NCBI GenBank assembly: GCA_050248855.1
Contig: JBFWRP010000004.1
Location: 1 to 64,000 of the forward strand
DNA from: Planctomycetota bacterium
GTDB lineage: Bacteria > Planctomycetota > PLA2 > JAEUHO01
Direction: 5' to 3'
Length of the DNA stretch: 64,000 bases
Shown here: piece after piece, positions 1 to 7,906 of the stretch
Position numbering within the stretch: the stretch's first letter is position 1
Layout of the letters: every line of letters starts with the position of its first letter
Translations under genes and position numbers: made by a program
The notes under the pieces: model-generated
Seen by the model: only the letters and a program-made list of their open reading frames with translations
Databases searched by the model: none
What the model was told of the DNA's origin: nothing

Positions 1-1820
1 AGCTGGCCCGTCCGCACGCCCAGGACCACGCCGGCGGCCTGCGTGTGGCATTGGAAGCAGTCGGTGCGGCTCGGATACGTCCACGTCTGCTCGCGCAGGC
101 CGCCGGGGGCGTCCAGGTCTTCGACCTGGAACGTCTCGGTTTCCCGTTCGTCGAGAAGGTCGGCGTCGGTGCCGTCGGGCCGCCAGCGGTACGTCGTGCC
201 TTCCCAGCCCTGGCTGCCCAGGCGGAGCACGCGCGTCTCGAGGCGCCTCGTCGAGCCGGCGTCGCCCGGCACGAGCTCGATCTCGAAGTGCTTCACCAGC
301 ACGGTGCCCTGGGGGAAAGACCAGGGCGCCGTGGAGTCGAAAGCGATCTGGGTGGCCCCCGGGAGACCGATCCAGCGCCGCTTGTGCGCGTCGTCGCTCC
401 ACAGCGGGCTGTTGACCTCGTAGGGCACCAGGCCTGCGGTGGGCGCAAGGGTGGCCAAGCTCGCGAACAGCCCGGTGGCCGAGAGCGTCGTGGGGTACGG
501 CGACGGCGGCGTCCCGCCGGACGGCTCGCGGAAGCGATGCAGCGTGCCGCCGTGGCTCACGGCGAGGAGCTCGCCGCGCTCGTCCTCCCCGAAGGCCACG
601 AGGCCCGAGAGGCTCGCGATCTGCTCCACGTCGACCATCTGGATGCCGTCGTGCACGAGCGCCCAGATGCGGCCGCTGCCGTAGTCGCCGTGCACGTAGG
701 TGCCACGCAACGTCGGGACGTCCTCGCCCCGGTAGACGTGCCCGCCCACCACCGTGCTGCCCAGGCTGCGACCCCAGTCGCGCACGGGCGGCGTCACGGG
801 TACGGCCGGGACGGTGCCCCCATCCAGATACGCGAGGCTGCCCTCGTAGAGGCGCCAGCCGAGGTTGGCGCCGCGCGTCACGAGGTCGACCTCTTCGCGC
901 TGGACCTGGCCGACGTCGCCCAGCCACAGCGCCCCGGTGGCGCGGTCGAACGACCAGCGCCAGGGGTTGCGCAGTCCGTAGGCCCACGTCTCGGGACGCA
1001 CGCCCGCCACCCCGACCCACGGGTTGTCCGCGGGGATGCCGTACGGCTGGCCCGTCGGCGGGTTGCGCGGGTCGATGCGCAGCATCGAGCCCAGCAACGT
1101 GGAGCGATCCTGACCGTGTCGATGCGGGTCGTCGCCGGAGCCGCCGTCGCCGAAGGCGAGGTAGAGGTAGTCGTCGGGGCCGAACAGCAGCGTGCCCCCG
1201 TTGTGGTTGCTGTACGGCTGGCCGACCTCGAGGATCACGGTGGCGCTCGTGGAGCTGGCGACGGGCGGCGCGCCGGCCCCCGCGAACGTGGCGGTGTAGC
1301 GGGCGATCACGCCGCGCCGCGGGCTGGCCGCGGAGTAGTGCAGGTAGAACTGCCCCGCGTGCGGGCTCGTCGAGTCGGCGAAGTCGGGATCGAACGCGAT
1401 GCCGAGCAAGCCCTCCTCGTTGCCCGCGCGGCTCACGGGCCCGCCGGCCGAGCTGCCAAGGTCGAGCACGGTGTGCACGGTGGACGTGGCGTCGTCGTTG
1501 CGGAAAGCAAGCACCCGACCGTCCTGCTCGAGCACGATCATCCACCACGTGCCGTCCGGCGCGGGCGCCACCCCGACGTGGACGGGCCGCGTGAAGGAGA
1601 GCGCGGGGTACGCGCGGACGAGGTCCACCGGGCCTGGCTGCGGGAGGCCATCGGGGAAGCCCAAGGCGGCCAGCGGGACGCGTTGCTCGAGGCCGAAGGG
1701 CGGGCCCGCAGGCGGCGGCGTGCCCCCGCCTCCCCCGCCGCCGCAGGCCAGGAGCACCACGGGGAGGCCGAGGAGGGCGAAGACCGCCAGGGGCAGGCGA
1801 CGGCGGACCAGGTGGGGCAA
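1..1820 (-). CDS. Lipoprotein: PQQ-dependent glucose/sorbosone dehydrogenase (GSDH) beta-propeller fused to a C-terminal c-type cytochrome (SO2930-like) domain; runs off the window start
   Basis: Manual translation (not in ORF track). TTG start at 1820 after GGAGA. Lipobox ...VVLLAC-GGGG. GSDH motifs NEEGLLGIAFDPDF, NHNGGTLLFGPDDYLYLAFGDGG, YGLRNPWRWSFD. Then YEVNSPLWSD..FPQGTVLVKHF..RLETR and heme motif CFQCH at about 44-59. Confidence 0.85.
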   Translation of the reverse strand, partial: MPHLVRRRLPLAVFALLGLPVVLLACGGGGGGGTPPPAGPPFGLEQRVPLAALGFPDGLPQPGPVDLVRAYPALSFTRPVHVGVAPAPDGTWWMIVLEQDGRVLAFRNDDATSTVHTVLDLGSSAGGPVSRAGNEEGLLGIAFDPDFADSTSPHAGQFYLHYSAASPRRGVIARYTATFAGAGAPPVASSTSATVILEVGQPYSNHNGGTLLFGPDDYLYLAFGDGGSGDDPHRHGQDRSTLLGSMLRIDPRNPPTGQPYGIPADNPWVGVAGVRPETWAYGLRNPWRWSFDRATGALWLGDVGQVQREEVDLVTRGANLGWRLYEGSLAYLDGGTVPAVPVTPPVRDWGRSLGSTVVGGHVYRGEDVPTLRGTYVHGDYGSGRIWALVHDGIQMVDVEQIASLSGLVAFGEDERGELLAVSHGGTLHRFREPSGGTPPSPYPTTLSATGLFASLATLAPTAGLVPYEVNSPLWSDDAHKRRWIGLPGATQIAFDSTAPWSFPQGTVLVKHFEIELVPGDAGSTRRLETRVLRLGSQGWEGTTYRWRPDGTDADLLDERETETFQVEDLDAPGGLREQTWTYPSRTDCFQCHTQAAGVVLGVRTGQ

Positions 1821-1855
1821 GCGGGTCTCCGGGCCCCCCCCGGGGCACGGCGAGC

Positions 1856-1921
1856 ATAGCCCGAACGTCCGCCGCCGACCGCCCGCAGGCGGTCAACCCA
1901 TCAGTCGAAGACTTCCGCCAG
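1856..1921. repeat. Imperfect direct repeat copy 1 (gene 3' end plus downstream intergenic DNA)
   Basis: atagcccgaac..cgcccgc..atcagtcgaagac..cgcca; same blocks with near-identical spacing at 3669-3737. Confidence 0.7.
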
Positions 1922-2716
1922 GTCGTCGGCATCGGGTGGCGCGAGGCGCCCTCGGCGGTCCTCCCAGATCACGACCGCGATGTAGGCCAGGACGACATCG
2001 ATCGGCAGGTCCGCCCACGCGACGAGCAGGTCGTTCGCCAGCCCGCGGTCCTCGCGCACGTCGTGGAGGACCCACTGCCCGACGGCCGAGACCGCAACGG
2101 CGAAGACGAGCCAGGTCAGGACCTGCCCCGCGATGGCCCAGCGCACGCCTCGCGTGAGCCGTGCGCTCTCCAAGGCGGCTCGCAAGGGGCCCAGGTCCTG
2201 ACGCACGGCCGCCACCGGTCCCACGAGGAGCACGGCATACAGCCAGAGGGCCACGACACCCGCTCCGATCATGGCCACGGTGCGCAGGTTGCCCGCGAGC
2301 GGGAGGGCGCCCACGGCAAGGAGCGGGGCCCCGATGGCGATGCCGTGCGTTGCCGACGTCAGGAAGCAGCGGGGCAGCGCGCGCGTCGCGCCGAGAGCAC
2401 TGGCACCGATCGGCGGACGCACGTCGGCGAGTGCACGCCGCGCGGTCACCGCCGCCGCGGCCAAGAGCCACGCGGTCGTGATCCAGCTGGGGTCCAGCGT
2501 CACCCAGGAGTACGTGCCCGTGTCCTCGCCCAGGCGAAGCGTCCACGAGCCCGGTCCGTACCGCTCCCACAGGACCTCGATCGACTTGAGCGCCAAGCCG
2601 AAGGGCAGCCACACGGAGGCGCAACGAAGCATCGCCAGCCACGTCGCGCCGAACCACGTCCTGATGCGCGGCGGGCGAAGCGGCGGGTCCTTGGCTCCGT
2701 CGTCCCTCGTCTGCAT
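1901..2716 (-). CDS. Multi-pass membrane protein (divergent paralog of the two upstream genes)
   Basis: ORF 1901..2734, likely ATG at 2716. About 6 hydrophobic segments, ALESARLTRGVRW motif, C-terminus LAEVFD like the neighbouring paralogs. Confidence 0.7.
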   Translation of the reverse strand: MQTRDDGAKDPPLRPPRIRTWFGATWLAMLRCASVWLPFGLALKSIEVLWERYGPGSWTLRLGEDTGTYSWVTLDPSWITTAWLLAAAAVTARRALADVRPPIGASALGATRALPRCFLTSATHGIAIGAPLLAVGALPLAGNLRTVAMIGAGVVALWLYAVLLVGPVAAVRQDLGPLRAALESARLTRGVRWAIAGQVLTWLVFAVAVSAVGQWVLHDVREDRGLANDLLVAWADLPIDVVLAYIAVVIWEDRRGRLAPPDADDLAEVFD

Positions 2717-2726
2717 GCGCTCGACA

Positions 2727-3617
2727 TCAAGCAAAGATGTCGGCGAGATCCTTCGAGCTGACCCCGTCCTTGCTGACGCGGAGGTCGTGGTAGGCGACGG
2801 CAGCGAAGATGGCCATCAAGGCCGTGCTCGCGATGTCGACCGGGGCCTGGATCCACAGCAGGTTGCGCGCAGGCGAGAGATCGCTGACCACCATGCTCTC
2901 GAGGTCACCTCCAGCGACGAAGCCGACCACCGCACGGACGATGCCGGCCAAGAGCCCAAGCAGGAGCAACCCCGCGAACAGCGAGAGGCGTTGTCCCTTC
3001 GTCAGCAGCGCGCTGCGGCCAAGCGATCGCCCTGGGCTGGTCCTCTCGGCCACGGCCACCTGGGGCCCGAGGAACCACGCGAACCACAGCATGACGGCGG
3101 GGATGAACAAGATCAGCAGCAGGAAGGGAGCGCCCTTGAACGCGAGCACCGCGACCGCGCCCAGCCCGACGAAGACCAAGAGCATGAGCAGCACGGTCCC
3201 CAAGGCGACGGGCAGGCGGGCGAACGACGCGGCCAGCGAGTCGGCGATCCGGACGCGCCCCCCCTCCATGTGGACGAGGGTGGCGTGGGTCGTGAACACC
3301 TGGACGAGCAACCCCAACACGAACCCGAGCGCCGCGATGACGAGCTGCGTCACCTGCATGTCCTTACGGAAGGCCTCCAGCTGGCCTTGGCTGGCGTCCA
3401 CGGGCAGGTCCGCGAACTTGTGCAGTGCGTAGAAGTGGACGGGCGCGTACGCGACGACGCCGATCAACAACCACAGCGGCAGGTAGCGCGCGAAGATCGA
3501 GAACGATCGCGACAGCGCGGTCCCGATGGAGAACTGCACGCGGGCGCGCACCGCGCGGCGGGCAACGGGCGCCCGGCCTTCCCCGGGCTCGTCGGCAGCA
3601 TCCTGGCCACGGTCCAT
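2727..3617 (-). CDS. Multi-pass membrane protein (GDPD-membrane-domain/YciC-like family)
   Basis: ATG at 3617 after a GGGAGG/GGAG-type SD. FSIGTALSRSFSIF, SLGRSALLTKGQR, AYHDLRVSKDGVSSKDLADIFA. Confidence 0.8.
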   Translation of the reverse strand: MDRGQDAADEPGEGRAPVARRAVRARVQFSIGTALSRSFSIFARYLPLWLLIGVVAYAPVHFYALHKFADLPVDASQGQLEAFRKDMQVTQLVIAALGFVLGLLVQVFTTHATLVHMEGGRVRIADSLAASFARLPVALGTVLLMLLVFVGLGAVAVLAFKGAPFLLLILFIPAVMLWFAWFLGPQVAVAERTSPGRSLGRSALLTKGQRLSLFAGLLLLGLLAGIVRAVVGFVAGGDLESMVVSDLSPARNLLWIQAPVDIASTALMAIFAAVAYHDLRVSKDGVSSKDLADIFA

Positions 3618-3668
3618 ACTCCACGCCCTCCCACGCACGAACCCCGCCGGGGACGTGCGGCCGCCACG

Positions 3669-3737
3669 ATAGCCCGAACCGGGCCCTGCAGCACGCCCGC
3701 GGGCCGCCAGCCGATCAGTCGAAGACCTGCGCCAAGG
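3669..3737. repeat. Imperfect direct repeat copy 2, containing a gene-end remnant (WTQVNRRREADALAQVFD*)
   Basis: Shares 11-nt and 13-nt exact blocks with 1856-1921. The minus-strand stub resembles the C-terminus of 1901..2716 (WEDRRGRLAPPDADDLAEVFD*). Confidence 0.65.
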
Positions 3738-3806
3738 CATCCGCCTCGCGCCGGCGGTTGACCTGCGTCCATGGACTCCGTCGTGTTTCGCCGGCCGCGA
3801 CCGCGT

Positions 3807-4724
3807 TCAGGCGAAGACGTCCGCAAGCTCCTTCGAGCTGACACCCTCCTTGGTGACACGCAGCTCGCGGTACGCGACCGCCGAGAGGATCGCCATGAGC
3901 GCTGACACGACGATCGTCAGCGGCAGCTGGAGCCACAGGAGGCGACGTTGGAGCGCGGCGTCAACGACCTCCATCGTCCCTTCCTTGGGACCGAAGACGG
4001 CACCGAGGACGAATCCGCCGAGGAGGCCCAACACGACGAACAAGCTGAGGGCGCCCAGGATCTGCCACCGGGCACCCCGCGTGAGCTGGCCGCTGCGCTG
4101 CAGGGCCCCGGCGCCCGCCTTGCGCTCGGCGACCGTCGCAGGGATGGCAACGAACCACGCCAAGTACATGAGCAGGGCCGGCAGCAGCATGAGCACGACG
4201 GCGAGGACCAGCGGTAGCTTGAGGCCCACGGTGAGCATCGCCACCACGAAAGCGACGGCGCCCATGGCCAAGCCCATGATGATCGACGTGCCGAGCACGG
4301 CAGGCAGCCGGCCCATGGCGATGCCGAAGGTCTCGCCGAGCTGGACGCGACGTCCGTCCAAGTGCAGGAGCACGACGTGGGTCGTGAACGCCGTGACCGC
4401 CAAACCCAGGATCACGCTGATGAGGCCGGGAATGCCACCGCCGCGGCTCGTGGACTCCAAGGCCTGCGCGAGCTGGGCGACCGAGGGGTCGGGCCCCAGC
4501 TCGCGGATCTGGCTCAGCTCGTACAGGACCGAAGGCGCTTGGGCCAGCGCGCCCAGGACGAGCCAGAGCGGCAGGTAGCGTCCGAAGATGGCGAACGTCT
4601 TGGCCAGTACATCGCCTACCGGGAAGCTGACGGGACCGCGCTGGACGACGCGGGCGGTCGTCCGACGCCGGACCGGTGCGGGGCCCCTTGCCTCGCCCCT
4701 CGTGTCATCCCGCTCACGTCCCAT
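3807..4724 (-). CDS. Multi-pass membrane protein, close paralog of 2727..3617
   Basis: ATG at 4724 after GGAGG. FGRYLPLWL, ALQRSGQLTRGARW, AYRELRVTKEGVSSKELADVFA align with the downstream paralog. Confidence 0.8.
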   Translation of the reverse strand: MGRERDDTRGEARGPAPVRRRTTARVVQRGPVSFPVGDVLAKTFAIFGRYLPLWLVLGALAQAPSVLYELSQIRELGPDPSVAQLAQALESTSRGGGIPGLISVILGLAVTAFTTHVVLLHLDGRRVQLGETFGIAMGRLPAVLGTSIIMGLAMGAVAFVVAMLTVGLKLPLVLAVVLMLLPALLMYLAWFVAIPATVAERKAGAGALQRSGQLTRGARWQILGALSLFVVLGLLGGFVLGAVFGPKEGTMEVVDAALQRRLLWLQLPLTIVVSALMAILSAVAYRELRVTKEGVSSKELADVFA

Positions 4725-4762
4725 CGCGCCCTCCACGCCGACCGCCGAGCCGGCGGCGAGGG

Positions 4763-6946
4763 CTAGTCTACCGGCTCGGCCTTCAGCGCGTCGATGGCGA
4801 GCTCGTAGAAGGCCTCCAGCGAGAGGCCCAGCGCGCCGCTGCGCTCGATGAGGTCGCGCTCCACCGTGGCGGCGAACTTCGCGTCGCGGTGACGCTTCAC
4901 GGCGCTCTTGACCTCGAGATCGGAGATGGACCGGGTCGGGAGGACCTGCGCGGCGGCGTGGATCAGCCCGACCACGGCTTCGCTGGCGGACAGCGCGTGG
5001 TCCAGGGCCGAGGTGCACACGATCCCGGTGCCCTCGAGGTTCTTGTCGTTGTGGGCGCAGATGGCGTGGAGGGCCGCGGGGTGCATCCCGGCGTCGCGCA
5101 GGACCTCCGCGGCCACGAGCGTGTGGCGGCGCGGGTCCTTCTCGCGGTCGTAGTCGAGGTTGTGGAGCAGGCCGACCAGGCGCCACGCCTCCTCGTTGGC
5201 GCCGCGGTGGCGGGCGAGGGCGCCCATCACCACGCGGGTCATCTCCATCTGGCGACGCAGGCTCGGCGTGGTGACCCACTCGTCGAAGAGAGCGCGCGCC
5301 GTGGCCTCGTCCACGCCGAGGTCCTCGACGTCGTCGGCCGCTGCACGCGCAATGTCGGAGACATCGATGCTCGAAGTCTCGTTCGTCGGCTCCGCCGATG
5401 CGGCCGGCGCCGCTTCTCCGGCGTCGTGCGCCAGCGGGCGCATGAGGGGAAACAGCACGACCTCGCGGAGGTTCTCCTGGTCCGTGACGAGGGCCAGGAA
5501 GCGCTCGAGGCCCATGCCCCACCCGCTCATGGGCGGCATGCCGTGCTCCATGCACTTGAGGTAGTCCTCGTCGACCTCGAGCGCCTCGTCGTCGCCGCCG
5601 GCGCGCGCGGAGGCCTGGGCCTCGAAGCGCTGGCGCTGGTCGATCGGGTCGACCAGCTCGCTGTAGGCGTTGACCACCTCCCAGGTGTTGACGACCAGCT
5701 GGTAGCGATCGGTGCGCAGCGGCGCGCTGTCGCTGCGACGCGCGAGCGGCGAGAGGTCGATCGGGTGCTCGGTGACGAACACGGGGTCGATCAGCTTGGG
5801 GCGGCTGACCTTCTTGTAGAGCAGGTCGATCAGCGTGCCCCGCCCCACGACATCGAGGTCGTCGCGCTCGAGGCGGATCGCAGCCGCGCGGATGGCGGCA
5901 CGCAGCCCGTCAGCCGTGGGATGGGCTTCGACGTCGATGCCGCAGTCGTCCCGGATGAGGTCGCGCATCGGGCGCACGGGCCAGGGGGTCGTGAAGTCGA
6001 TGCGGCGCCCGCCATGCTCGATGATGCGCGAGCCCACGACCTCGTCGAGCAGGTGCAGGATCAGCGACTCCGTGAACGCCATGTTGTCGCGGTAGTCCCA
6101 GTACGCCGCGTACCACTCGACCAGCGTGAAGTCCTGCAGGTGCGAGGGATCCATGCCCTCGTTGCGGAAGCAACGGGCAATCTCGTAGACGCGGTCCAGA
6201 CCTCCGGCCACGCACTGCTTGAGCCAGGTTTCGGGCGCGATGCGCAGCACCACGGCCATGTCGAGTGCGTTGTGGTGGCTGTGGAACGGTCGGGCGAGGG
6301 CTCCCGACGCCTTGGTCTGCAGGACGGGAGTGTCGACTTCTTCGAACCCGTGGTCGTCGAGGTAACGGCGCAGCTCGCGCACGAAGCGCGTCCGGAGGCG
6401 GAAGCGGGCGCGGGTGTCCGGGTTGGACACGAGATCGAGGTAGCGCTCGCGCTGGCGGGCCTCGAGATCGCCCAGGCCCTTCCACTTCTCGGGCAACGGA
6501 CGCAGTGCCTTGGACAGGAAGGTCCACGAGGTGGCGAAGAGCGTCGGCTCGCCCTTCTTCGTCCGCCCGACGCGGCCCTCCACGCCGATGTGGTCGCCGA
6601 GATCCACGAAGCGGCTGAAGCGCGCGATCACGTCGGCGCCCACGTCCTTCTCGTCGAGCGCGACCTGGCAGCGGCCCGAGCCGTCCTGGAGATGGAAGAA
6701 CACGAGCCGACCGAAGGGCCGCACGGTCATGACGCGGCCCGCCGAGCGCAGCAACGGAGCGTCGGCGGCCGGCGTTCCCTCCGTCGCCTCGGCGGCCCGC
6801 CGCACGCCGGCGAGGTCATGCGTACGCGCGAAGCGGTCCGCGAACGGCACGATGCCCTCGGCCTGGAGCGCCTCGAGCTTGGCGAGACGCACGGCCCGCT
6901 GCTCCTCGAGGCCGCCTCCTCCGGTGGGGACTCCGCTCTCCGCCAT
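4763..6946 (-). CDS. lysS: Lysine--tRNA ligase (class II) with C-terminal HD-like (COG2316/HDIG-type) domain
   Basis: ATG at 6946. OB-fold (AGRVMTVRPFGRLVFFHLQD), LRPLPEKWKGL, RERYLDL, ARPFHSHHNALD, LRIAPE, FRNEG, GMPPMSGWGMGLERF..VVLFPLMRP, followed by ~185 extra aa. Confidence 0.95.
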   Translation of the reverse strand: MAESGVPTGGGGLEEQRAVRLAKLEALQAEGIVPFADRFARTHDLAGVRRAAEATEGTPAADAPLLRSAGRVMTVRPFGRLVFFHLQDGSGRCQVALDEKDVGADVIARFSRFVDLGDHIGVEGRVGRTKKGEPTLFATSWTFLSKALRPLPEKWKGLGDLEARQRERYLDLVSNPDTRARFRLRTRFVRELRRYLDDHGFEEVDTPVLQTKASGALARPFHSHHNALDMAVVLRIAPETWLKQCVAGGLDRVYEIARCFRNEGMDPSHLQDFTLVEWYAAYWDYRDNMAFTESLILHLLDEVVGSRIIEHGGRRIDFTTPWPVRPMRDLIRDDCGIDVEAHPTADGLRAAIRAAAIRLERDDLDVVGRGTLIDLLYKKVSRPKLIDPVFVTEHPIDLSPLARRSDSAPLRTDRYQLVVNTWEVVNAYSELVDPIDQRQRFEAQASARAGGDDEALEVDEDYLKCMEHGMPPMSGWGMGLERFLALVTDQENLREVVLFPLMRPLAHDAGEAAPAASAEPTNETSSIDVSDIARAAADDVEDLGVDEATARALFDEWVTTPSLRRQMEMTRVVMGALARHRGANEEAWRLVGLLHNLDYDREKDPRRHTLVAAEVLRDAGMHPAALHAICAHNDKNLEGTGIVCTSALDHALSASEAVVGLIHAAAQVLPTRSISDLEVKSAVKRHRDAKFAATVERDLIERSGALGLSLEAFYELAIDALKAEPVD

Positions 6947-6972
6947 GGACGTCTCCCTGGCCCGCTGGCCGA

Positions 6973-7794
6973 CTAGCCCACGCCCAGGTCGAGCGTGGTC
7001 CCGGCCGAGAGGGTGAGGATCTCCACGCCGTCCTCCGTCACGGAGACGGTGTGCTCGAACTGGGCACTCAAGGAGCGATCCGCCGTCACGACGGTCCAGT
7101 GGTCCGAGAGGGTGACGCAGCGCCAGTCGCCCATGTTGATCATGGGCTCGACCGTGAACGTCATGCCGGGGACGAACATCTCGCCCGTCCCGGGGTCGCC
7201 GACGTGGCTGATCGTGGGCGGGCCGTGGAACACCTTGCCGATGCCGTGGCCCGCGTAGGTGCGGACGACACCGTGGCCCCGGGCCTCGGCAAAGCTCTGG
7301 ATCGCGTGGCCGATGTCGCCGGCGTGGGCGCCGGGCCGGACCGCCGCGATGCCCCGGCGCATCGCCTCGAACGTGTCCTCGACGAGGCGGCGCACCTCGG
7401 GGTCGGCTTCCCCCACGATGAAGGTGCGCGACGTGTCCCCGTGGAAGCCTTCGATCACGGGCGTCACGTCGACGTTGATGATGTCGCCCTCGCGCAGGAC
7501 CTGGTGCTCGCTCGGGATCCCGTGGCAGACGACGTGGTTGACCGAGGTGCAGCAGGAGCGCGGAAAGGGGTGGCGCCCGCCCGCTGGGTAGCCGAGCGGC
7601 GCCGAGCGCCCGCCACGGCGGCGGGTCTCCTCGGCGACGTAGGCGTCGATCGCCGCGGTGGTCAGCCCCGGCTCGATCATCCCCGCCACGTGGTCCAGGA
7701 GGCCGGCTGCGAACTGCCCCGCGACACGCATCCCGGCCACCTCCTCGGGCGTGAGGATGACGGCGCGTTCGGGCTTGCGACGGCGGCGGACCAT
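6973..7794 (-). CDS. map: Methionine aminopeptidase type I
   Basis: CTSVNHVVCHGIP, DIINVDVT, HGDTSRTF, GHGIGKVFH, FTVEPMIN, SAQFEHTV; ATG at 7794. Confidence 0.95.
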   Translation of the reverse strand: MVRRRRKPERAVILTPEEVAGMRVAGQFAAGLLDHVAGMIEPGLTTAAIDAYVAEETRRRGGRSAPLGYPAGGRHPFPRSCCTSVNHVVCHGIPSEHQVLREGDIINVDVTPVIEGFHGDTSRTFIVGEADPEVRRLVEDTFEAMRRGIAAVRPGAHAGDIGHAIQSFAEARGHGVVRTYAGHGIGKVFHGPPTISHVGDPGTGEMFVPGMTFTVEPMINMGDWRCVTLSDHWTVVTADRSLSAQFEHTVSVTEDGVEILTLSAGTTLDLGVG

Positions 7795-7906
7795 GGACGG
7801 CGGGGCTCCGAGGCGGGCCGGGGTTTGTAGCACGCACCGTGCCGTGGCCGGCCCTTCCGAGGCGGGTGCGCGAGACGCCGTCGGTGGGGTCCGTAGGCTC
7901 TCTCCC

